Source of the DNA: Lepidodermella squamata
Taxonomy: Eukaryota; Animalia; Gastrotricha
Reading direction: 5' to 3'
Length of the DNA stretch: 64,000 nt
Assembly (NCBI GenBank): GCA_047495785.1
Contig: JBLDXI010000030.1
Span: 1,116,001-1,180,000, forward strand
Numbering within the stretch: position 1 is the stretch's first letter; each line of letters opens with the position of its first letter. The notes beneath the pieces were generated by a model. The model did no database searches. It was not told the origin of the DNA and saw only the letters and a list, made by a program, of their open reading frames with translations. A program made the position numbers and the translations under genes. Shown piece by piece: positions 1 to 8,732 of this stretch.

Positions 1-1217
1 TCAACCATTTCCGGGTAAAATTCAGTAGATATCATCAACACCGGGCGCTTATCCTGCCATTTCGACACGTAAACCGGGCCGCTTCGGAGCCAGAACAGCT
101 CGTTTGGTTGAAGTTTTCTTGAAATTACGGCTTGAGGATTGCCTTTTCGCTTTGGATTCAAGGTACCTAAAATCAGGAAAGTTGCCATTTTCGTTGTAAA
201 AACTGTGGTTATCTCTGACCTGTTACGAGAACTGCTTTCTCGAATAGGCATCGGGCAAGTTCGACGGAATTATAGAAGTTATCCATGAAAAGCGAGTGAA
301 ATTTGTGCAGAAAATCTCGTATAAGCGCTAAAACCACAGAAGCAGTGTGGCCTTTTTTCGCATCGATGAAGTCTTTGGGCGAGTCAGCACCAGAATAAAC
401 GGCGAATCGCAAAGCCATACTATTTTCAGAGTCGCTCAGCATGTAGATTTTCAACCCCCATCTGTCAAAAAAAGTTGTAAAATAATGAACATTTTTTTCT
501 GAAATTTAAAAAATTTCGAAGCGCGGAAAAAGCGCGGAAAACGTTCAAAAACATGCTTACTTATGCTTTTTGTTCCTAATATATTGACGGAAGCCTAATC
601 GCCCTTTGAAGCCAATCATTTGCTCATCGAGAGACAAATTTTTGCCAGGATTGTACACTCTTTTCATCACGTTGTTGAAATTGTCGATAATCGGTCGAAT
701 CTGGAAAAATATTCGGAAATAAAAAAATAATTTATTATAATTGAAAAAATCCAACCTTCCAGAGCCGATCTCCGACTTCAAGTTCTGACTTTCTGCTATT
801 GTCGACAAAATGCAGGCACGAGAGTATTTGCTGGAAGCGATTTCGGGACATGATATTGCCAAAAGCCGGCGTTTTCAAAAGCCAGCTTTGAGACCAGTAG
901 CTGGCAAGTGTAGGCTTCACGATGATGCCCATCAAAAAACAAATACCAAGGAATTTCAAATATTCGTCAGGCGTAAGGTCTTTCCAGCCAATAATTCTCG
1001 CATTTGGCAGAGTATTATTTGCCAGTTTTTCTTTGGCATATCGGTTGGTTTCTTGGCATATCATGAGAATTATTGCTTGATTGATGAAAAGCTGAAGATA
1101 ACCGAGAGGATTTATTCGCGAAAGAGGCTTTTCAATCAACGCCCGAACACCGCGAAAGGTAAAATCGTTGTGGGGCGCTCGAGTTTGCGTCCATTCGTCA
1201 TCACCTGATGAGGCCAT
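1..1217 (-). CDS. piggyBac (PGBD/DDE_Tnp_1_7) transposase, spliced, 3' part outside the window
   Basis: Exons 1217-756, 700-561, 461-220 and 166-<1 join in frame through GT-AG introns (755-701, 560-462, 219-167). Motifs: ETNRYA, MSRNRFQQILSCLHF, DRLWKIRP, LSLDEQM (catalytic D), FMDNFYNS (catalytic D), GTL, KWQDKRPVLMIST. Confidence 0.95.
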
Positions 1218-1690
1218 GAGTATTTATTTCTTCAAAATTTCTGCAAATTGAAAATGAATTTTGATGCTATTTTTCGAAGCGCATGACTTCTTGGACTGCG
1301 AATGCCTCGATGCGCATGACTGATTTTTTGCGTGCAAATAGGACTTTCGCCCACAGTCGCCTGCCTATTCATCACGAAATTGCCGCGCCAAATTATGAAC
1401 GAACAAACGGTGACCGCAATTATTCAAAATTTTATTTCCGATGACAAAATTGCGGCAAACAGTAGAAAGCGACCAGGTATTACAAAAATTAGCATGGAAA
1501 ATTACAAATTTACAAATTTTCAAATTTTCAAATTTTCAAATTACATTTATCGATTCTATTCAACACTGTCGTTTTCAAAGAACAAAAATGGGCGCAGAAA
1601 AATTGATAAGAACAGATATATAAAGAATGAACAGAGAGTAACAATATATTTACAGATATATTACAGAAGGCAACGCAGAAGGCAACGCAT

Positions 1691-2421
1691 TCAAACGTTT
1701 CTTCGCGGGCGACCGCGCCCACGCTTCGGCTGGTTTGCTGGTTGATTCGGCTGCTGGTTCGGCTCGGCTAGGCCACGGAAGACGAACAACTGCGGCGGCG
1801 TGGCAGGACGGATCGGCGCAACAGCAGGAAGCTCGGCATCGGGAAGTTCGACGACTTGCGCTTGAGGTGTCGGGGGTCGAAAAGGCGAGATCGGAGCAGC
1901 CTGAGGTTCGTCAGCAACCTAGAATGATAAAGATATTATTCTATCTACCGATTTCCACGCGGCAATCACTTTACCTCATCAATGAACACCAGCAGCGGCG
2001 TCGGCGGTCGAGGAGGGGGCGGCGGCAATGCCGGTCGCTCAACGTCGGCCGCAGGCGCGGGCGCATCATCGGGTGCAGCTGCAGGCGCATGACCATCTGC
2101 GTTTCCGGCACCCCCGCAACGATTGGCGTTGTAGTGCGGCCTGGCTGGAGGTCGACGCCGGATTAGCACAAGAAGACAGAAGATGGCCAACGCGACGGTC
2201 CACAGCAGAAACGCACTGCCCGCACCGAAACCAGCAGCGAGAGCGATGACAACGAAGTAGTCTTCGGTAGTTGAAGGCGCGTCGGTAGTTGGAAAAGCCG
2301 TAGTCGTTGTCGTAGTCGTAGTTGTGGCTGTTTCGCGGCTGAACAGCGTAGTTGTCGAAGACGACGTATACGAAGCTGGCACCACGCCCTGGTCGGAGTA
2401 TTCTAGGTCATAATGAAACAT
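1691..2421 (-). CDS. single-pass membrane protein (Thr-rich N-terminus, TM, Pro-rich tail, AT-hook-like C-terminus in a shifted frame); transposon cargo
   Basis: ORF 2421-1966 has a Thr tract and hydrophobic segment ending LLVLIRRR. Intron 1974-1919. The spliced frame stops at 1768, while a shifted frame continues the same Pro-rich style to ...QPKRGRGRPRRNV* (stop 1691). Confidence 0.55.
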
Positions 2422-2599
2422 TTTGCTAAAACTTGAGTAGACTTGCGAAAATGAGAATTTTTTCCTTCCTTTTCATCATTATAAAGCTCATATTGCCCTC
2501 TGATGTCGCCGGCGTCTCGGCTCGATTCACTGCTGCGTCGACCTGTCTCGGCTCGTCGTGTGACCGCGACACCATGCTCGGCTTTTTCTGGTGCGGTGA

Positions 2600-2760
2600 A
2601 TTTGCGAAAGTGCGCCCTAAAATTAGGCGCGCGCTGTAATTACCGGGCGGAACTTGCGCGCGCGGTACCAGCACAAGACGAGGTGTAATTACACGCGCGG
2701 GTGCGCGGCGGGAATTTCGCGCGCTCGAATTTCAAGTGTGCGTGCGGGAGACGTGCCTGG
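2600..2760. promoter_or_regulatory. CpG-rich putative bidirectional promoter with E2F-like sites
   Basis: GC/CGCG-rich island between divergent gene pairs. GGCGGGAA at 2707-2714 directly followed by TTTCGCGC at 2715-2722. Confidence 0.45.
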
Positions 2761-2899
2761 AGATAACAAAAATCCGGAACAATAAAACGATTCAGTTCAA
2801 TAGGCATGAATTATTTCGGAATGTGAAGATAAGTAACAGGAGTGAAACTGAAACATTCAAACAAGAAATTCAAATTCGAAATTTACGAGGGTTTGAATT

Positions 2900-3886
2900 A
2901 TGTTCGCGTCAATCTTAGTCGCCTATCTCCTTCTTGCGACCTCGTGCTGCCTGGAGATAGAAGAAATCGCACCTACTCAAGTGATGGCCGGCCGGTACTA
3001 CCTCGAGCAGATGAATGCCAAGAACAGTGACTGCTTCAACAACTGGCTGGAAACAGCTCAGAAAAGTTGCAATAACTATCAACTGGGTGCCTGGCAAAAT
3101 CTCGCCCACGCCGCCTTGCGCTGCTGGTTGTCTGCTAAAAATTCTTCAAAAGTTGACAATTGCACATCCGCGCAGCCGCACGAGACTGTTTCACAAGTAG
3201 TTTGCCTGAAAAGGCTGCTTGACCCTGTAGAACTGCTTCAATACGGGTTGTATTTAGGAGAATCCAAAGACATCTGCTCTTTTCTTGTCTTCTTCAAAGA
3301 AGATGCTTCGCCGCTTTTCACACTAGCAAAAAATGTATACGATTCAGCAGTAGATTGCTTTCCTATCGATGGCTTTCTTTTCGATATCATGCTATCGATA
3401 AAAAATTCTACTCTCTTTTGCGCTATAACTTCTCAGTTTCTTCATATCACTGAGCTTGAATCGTCATTCTATCGATACCGATGCTCATTTTTTATTTTTT
3501 TCACTATTGCGCTAACTTTATTTCGCCGCAAACGTTACATTTTTTCCTTGGGCTTTATTGCTCTTCTTGAATTTTCGTTCCGAATTTATCTCCGAACGCG
3601 ACAAGGCTTCGAACTGAAATATTTTATTGGCGAATACCGCATCTCAATCATGCTTCGGTGGATTTTCTTGATTCACTTCTACTACTTCGCCGAAGTGCTG
3701 AGCCCTTTCTGTAATCTCATCAAACGAGTATGGAACATTTGTGATTATGGCACTGTTTACTTGAGCCAATTAGGGCGAGAAATGACCCCAAAGAAAAACG
3801 GCCCCGCTCCAGTAGAGCAGAAAGAACTCACCCCTAACAAAAGAGTGCTGGCAAACAGAAAAAAAACGGGTGAAACGAATAATTAG
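2900..3886 (+). CDS. GEX1/KAR5/Brambleberry-like nuclear membrane fusion family protein (short form); transposon cargo
   Basis: Signal peptide, then six-Cys domain C-x11-C-x17-C-x12-C-x13-C-x23-C ending CLKRLLD...YGLYLGESKDIC. Three C-terminal hydrophobic segments and a basic tail. Intronless, 328 aa. Confidence 0.65.
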   Translation: MFASILVAYLLLATSCCLEIEEIAPTQVMAGRYYLEQMNAKNSDCFNNWLETAQKSCNNYQLGAWQNLAHAALRCWLSAKNSSKVDNCTSAQPHETVSQVVCLKRLLDPVELLQYGLYLGESKDICSFLVFFKEDASPLFTLAKNVYDSAVDCFPIDGFLFDIMLSIKNSTLFCAITSQFLHITELESSFYRYRCSFFIFFTIALTLFRRKRYIFSLGFIALLEFSFRIYLRTRQGFELKYFIGEYRISIMLRWIFLIHFYYFAEVLSPFCNLIKRVWNICDYGTVYLSQLGREMTPKKNGPAPVEQKELTPNKRVLANRKKTGETNN

Positions 3887-4105
3887 TTTCTGAGTGTGCG
3901 CTGTACGATATTCGCATTTTATATCTAATCAATTATAATTACTATTTGATTCCCGCTGCTTTTTTCCGCATACTATCTTCGCCTTTGTTGCTGTTTTCAA
4001 CGTGTATCAGTGGATTTTCCGATTTTCCGCTGTTTCGTTATCGTTCGTTCGCGTTGTTCGCAATAAAAAATAATCTTGATTTACATTTTTCTTTTGTTTT
4101 TTTAG

Positions 4106-4928
4106 ATGCAATCTGATAAAAATCCGTTTGGCCGTATCTCTAATTACGTTTTTGATGCGGTCACCAGCTTTAGCGAGCGCCATCAACGTGCGGTGAAAAA
4201 AGCTAACGAGCATTTTTACGGCGCAGGCGATGAAAAAGAAAACGAACCGGTAAAAAATTATTTTATTTTATTTTTTCATTTTTTTTCGTTAATTTTTTTT
4301 ATTTTTTTTATATATTCTTACCATGTGCTAATTGCAGATCGAGCCGGCAGTCCAGAGTGAAAACTACGACGAGGACGACACTTACAACTTCTCCCGTTTC
4401 GCCGCTCAACAAGGTGGCGCTGTTCGCAGTTCAACGCCGCAGAATTCGACGCCGGTCGCTTTCGAGCAATCGAATTCTCCGATTCAAGCAACGAATAACG
4501 AGACCGTGGTGAACAATCGTGCTTCGGTTCGAGCCTTGCCATCCGCGCCAGCCAACGGCAAAGCGCCACCTAGGAAGCGCGAAAAGCGATCGACGGCTGT
4601 GAGTGAAGACGACTCAATTTTTTTTAAATTGGGCGATTATCGCCTTGAAAATGCGCATTTTCAAAAACTGCGTCGTAAATACGCCAAAAAACCTTACAAA
4701 TTCGCGAATGCGCTTGTGCAATTTTTTGAGTCACATCAGAAAACCCCGATATTAGAGGATAAAAATTTCATTGACGACGTAGTCACTTTGACGGTGCAAA
4801 ATTGTCATCTGAATTCTTTGATCAGGACTGCTGTACGTAGAAATATCATCGACTGTCGTTGGCATAAAAAAAAATATGCTGAAAAAAAGCAAGTAAGCAA
4901 ACAAAAAGGTAGGAGCGCAACTATTTAG
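4106..4928 (+). CDS. putative BEN-like domain nuclear protein (2 exons, 244 aa); transposon cargo
   Basis: Exons 4106-4249 and 4338-4928 join in phase 0, with branch point GCTAAT before the acceptor. Low-complexity N-terminus, NLS-like PPRKREKR, helical C-terminal domain KFANALVQFF...AVRRNIIDCRW. Confidence 0.5.
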
Positions 4929-5626
4929 CGCGCTGGTGAAAAAGCAATCGATATGAATGTTGTTGTTGTTGTTATGATGTTTCGATATAAATCTAACTGT
5001 TTACTTCGTTTTTTTGTTGGTTGTTTTGTGAAGATTCATTCATTCGATTTTTGATCTGTCGTTTTACCTTTTTCATCACCTGTTGATTTGAATAAAATTT
5101 GGGAAAATATGTGAAAGTTGTGTTTTCTGACCCGGCTGTCGAAAAATAATGCATAAATTGTCATCGCCCTTTTCAGCCCGGTACAAGCCGCTGTTTGACG
5201 AGTTGCGCAACACACGCAATGCGCGCATTGATTCGCGCTCTCTCCACGCGTATTTCGTGTTTGCACAAAGGATAAGTAAACAATAGCAAAAGCCGAAAAC
5301 CGAATTTCACCTGCGAAATACAAATAGCTAATGAAAAGGCTTGATTTACTGCAGAGAATAAATTCTCGGCCGAGAAAATAAATTCTCGGCCGAGAAAACG
5401 TCGGCACGGAAAGGGTTAACCGACCAGAAAGCTTTGCGCGAATTCGAATTTGATTTATTAATAAATTTATTAAATTTTTCAACTGGATTGAGAGCGTTTT
5501 CAGGGGCCTAAATCAGCAGGTTAGGTTCTTTTATATTATAGTTAGCTTCTTTAAATCCTCTTTGCAACAATTTTCGTGTAACCCTGCTCAATTCCATTTA
5601 TATTTTGAAATTGTGATCACTCAGAT

Positions 5627-5789
5627 CAGTGCGCGAAGTAGTATGCTCGAGTTGGGGGTACTTTCAGGCATTTTCTGGCCCGAAATTTCCGACCAAATGG
5701 TCCCCCTGTGGTTTTTTTCGGGTTTTCTTGCCGAGACCTTTCGAACTGGGAGTACCGTACTCCCAGTCTTCCCGCTACTTCGCGCACTG
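5627..5789. mobile_element. hAT-type MITE
   Basis: TIR CAGTGCGCGAAGTAG...CTACTTCGCGCACTG with perfect 8-bp TSD ACTCAGAT (5619-5626, 5790-5797). Confidence 0.9.
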
Positions 5790-6069
5790 ACTCAGATCAA
5801 CTTTGATCAACTCAGCCACGTAAACCCAGCGAGAAGAATGTATACTTACTGAGAGATCTCGACTTGCTCACATCCTCAGAAAAGATAAATATTTATTTTG
5901 CAATCGATACCTGCGATTAATGTGGAGATATTATATATATTACATATAGCATTGTCAACAATCTGACACTTCATCGAATTCACGAGTTTCACGCATTGCC
6001 ATAACACGTCTGTTGGAGAACTATTTTAGCTTGAAAAATAAAAGTAGGATAAATGAACGTTTGAACGTT

Positions 6070-7245
6070 ATGATATTAATATACGCCCTGCTCATATTAG
6101 CTAGGCTGGCTTTGATGAAAGCAGCTATATCAGCTGCTGGCAAGTTGCAGGCGAGATTGGCCGAATATTGCCCAGCTGTTCTGTCGAAATGCTTACCTAC
6201 GGATCAAGCCCTTAATCCCAACAGCAGCCGTCCGATTGTCGTCAGGATCACCATGGACCTTCACCGTTTTGTCGGAATTGACGACGTGGAGCAAAAGCTG
6301 TCTCTACTAGCTTATATGTCAATGTATTGGGATCCCCCGTGCCAAGTTCCAAAATGCACAGATTTGCTATCTAAAACTGAGTGCTTGCTGGTACCTAATC
6401 CCGAAGAGCTCTTCTTTCTCCTCCCAGTAATGGATATCTGGACGCCGGGGATGTCTCATTTTACTGCTTACGAGTCGCCTGTTATGGGTCACAAAATTAG
6501 CGATGTGGCCTGGGTCTATCCATTTCTGAATTCTAATGCATTAAACTATTTCATCTACGACCGCTTCGACGTATTCTGCACTTCATTCAGCTACAGTAAA
6601 TTCCCCTTCGATACGCAATCCTGCTCCATGGTTTTTGAATCTGCTGATTTCATTACCGACGTGAAGTTCCATCTTGACTCTTTTGAAATTGATGTATCAG
6701 CTCGGGATGCTTTCATTACAAGCACTGACATCTGGTCGCTTGTCGAGCCGCTCGAGTATAATAGCTATCCATCTTTACAGGCGAAGGGCTCCTATAGTGT
6801 TAACCGAATAAACATGACGCTCCGATTTCGCCGCAAAAGTGGCTACTACGTCTGTAACATTTTCGTGCCTACAATCACACTTTTCATTCTTCAAGTCGTT
6901 TCTCTGATAGCAGAGACTGCTAATAGGGACCAATCAGCGTTTTGCGTCACTGTCGTGCTCTCTTACGTTGTTTTTCTCACCTTGATTTTTGGCATGGTGC
7001 CAAAGACTTCCGATCATGTCTACCTTGTGTACATGGTCGCCACTAAATTTATTGTGGCAGTCCTCATAACAGCCTATACCTGCTTGAGCCCTAGTATCCC
7101 TGAGTCGCTGAAGAATCAGGCTATTAAATTACCTAACTCGCATACCATGTCTATGCCTCGATTTCTAGACCTGGCGATTGCTGTTGCGGCAAGCGGGATT
7201 GTAATTATTATCGATGCAGTTCTGTTCTCGCTGATGTTATCGTGA
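6070..7245 (+). CDS. atypical Cys-loop ligand-gated ion channel subunit, copy 1 (intact, intronless)
   Basis: Signal peptide from ATG 6070, DIWTP loop A, Cys-loop CTSFSYSKFPFDTQSC, FRRK pre-M1, M1-M4 with short M3-M4 loop. Confidence 0.92.
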   Translation: MILIYALLILARLALMKAAISAAGKLQARLAEYCPAVLSKCLPTDQALNPNSSRPIVVRITMDLHRFVGIDDVEQKLSLLAYMSMYWDPPCQVPKCTDLLSKTECLLVPNPEELFFLLPVMDIWTPGMSHFTAYESPVMGHKISDVAWVYPFLNSNALNYFIYDRFDVFCTSFSYSKFPFDTQSCSMVFESADFITDVKFHLDSFEIDVSARDAFITSTDIWSLVEPLEYNSYPSLQAKGSYSVNRINMTLRFRRKSGYYVCNIFVPTITLFILQVVSLIAETANRDQSAFCVTVVLSYVVFLTLIFGMVPKTSDHVYLVYMVATKFIVAVLITAYTCLSPSIPESLKNQAIKLPNSHTMSMPRFLDLAIAVAASGIVIIIDAVLFSLMLS

Positions 7246-8732
7246 ATCCTATTAGTCGCTTTGGTACATGGTGAATTTTGATCGCTTATCGATACCGATA
7301 CATTTGTAATCCACATGTCGAAGTTATTTTTTTGTTGATCCTCGAACAATAAATCATCGTCATTGAACATGTTCGCTTCTATGGTGTTTGATAGCATGAG
7401 CACTTAATTTTGGAACACATTTCTACATTTCTTCATTCACGGAGAATTTTTTGAGGTTTTGGGCTCCTAGAGTGTTGCCAGCAGCCCCCTCCCATTGCTC
7501 GCCGCTGGTTTTTAAAACTGGTGCTGGTTTTCTTTTGCCAAATATAGCCCGCTTAGTCCGAGAAGTCGACATTTGGGATAGTTTTGAATTTATTTATTCA
7601 TTTTTTATAGCGCATGATGTCAAGTTTTGAAGTTCCACAAGAGAAAAGAAAAGTGCAGCCGCTAGTTTCCGTGCAAAGTTACTTTACTTTGCAATTTGCA
7701 AAGTAACAAATTAAAGTGCCATAGATGGCTATCAAAGCTATTCTCGAGATGCAACTCGAAATGAAACCTTCCCTGGCAACAGTCGAAAGGACTTCTGCTA
7801 TAAAACTACCACTCCGAGCCATTTTCATCTGGAGAAACGTCACTGATGAGGAAACTGCGGCTATTGGCCACACATATACCGCAGCTGCTTTCCTAAGTGT
7901 CCTCATGTTTTGAGGGCTGAGAATAAGGCATAATCGAGTAGATATATTCTTCAAAAATCGCTTCCAGATGGTATAGACAGCCTAGCTCTGACGAGGACTC
8001 ATGTTTTAGGCTATGAAACTATCACATAAATCGAACTTATATTACCATGGCAAAGAGGTATCTTAAAACCAATGAATTAGTGCTGAAAATTCCTATATTG
8101 ACCAAATCCCCTCCAAATTGCGGACAAAGCCTTTTCACAGGATGATGCCATCCATCCTCAAATCCTGTAAAATGCTATTTTCAAAAATAAGAATTTTTCA
8201 TTTAAATCAAGAACAGCCTTTTCGTCATCAATTTTTTTCTGTAGTACCCCATTCTAACGAAAATGTACCTCAAGCGCTCAAGCGAGAGCAAGATTCAAAA
8301 TGATACCAATTTTATTGGACTTCTAACCAACGTTTTTCCATCAACTTTTTTTTACGCGGAAAGGTTACCAGGATTTTACCAGGCAAAAAACATTCAATAG
8401 TTAATAGCCAATTTATTCAATCTTGCCAAATACTGGCCAAAAATAAACATATACCCCTAGGCCAAGTATATGTCGTAAATATGTTAAAAAACCTGCGGCT
8501 CGGCCATTATATGTTCGGTTTTTCAACATATTTCCTCCTCTATGTCCAATATATACACATTTTTATTGTGTATAGTCGAAACGATAGATATCGTTTCTGT
8601 AGTTTGACAAGTGCGCTGATACATATGATCATCCTGAGATTTTCGCATTAAATGCCCTTAAAGGGCCCTAATCCCAGAACATCACTTGAGATGTTTGCTT
8701 TGTGCGTTGTTACTTTCTAACATTTTATTCTA

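Larger units (their letters stand above)
1..5419 (-). mobile_element. piggyBac DNA transposon carrying cargo genes (other end lies outside the window)
   Basis: Terminus ...CGGCACGGAAAGGG (ends 5415) followed by TTAA (5416-5419), read on the minus strand as TTAA|CCCTTTCCGTG, the canonical piggyBac end. Two subterminal palindromes TTCTCGGCCGAGAA (5363-5376, 5383-5396). Transposase points away from this end. Confidence 0.8.
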
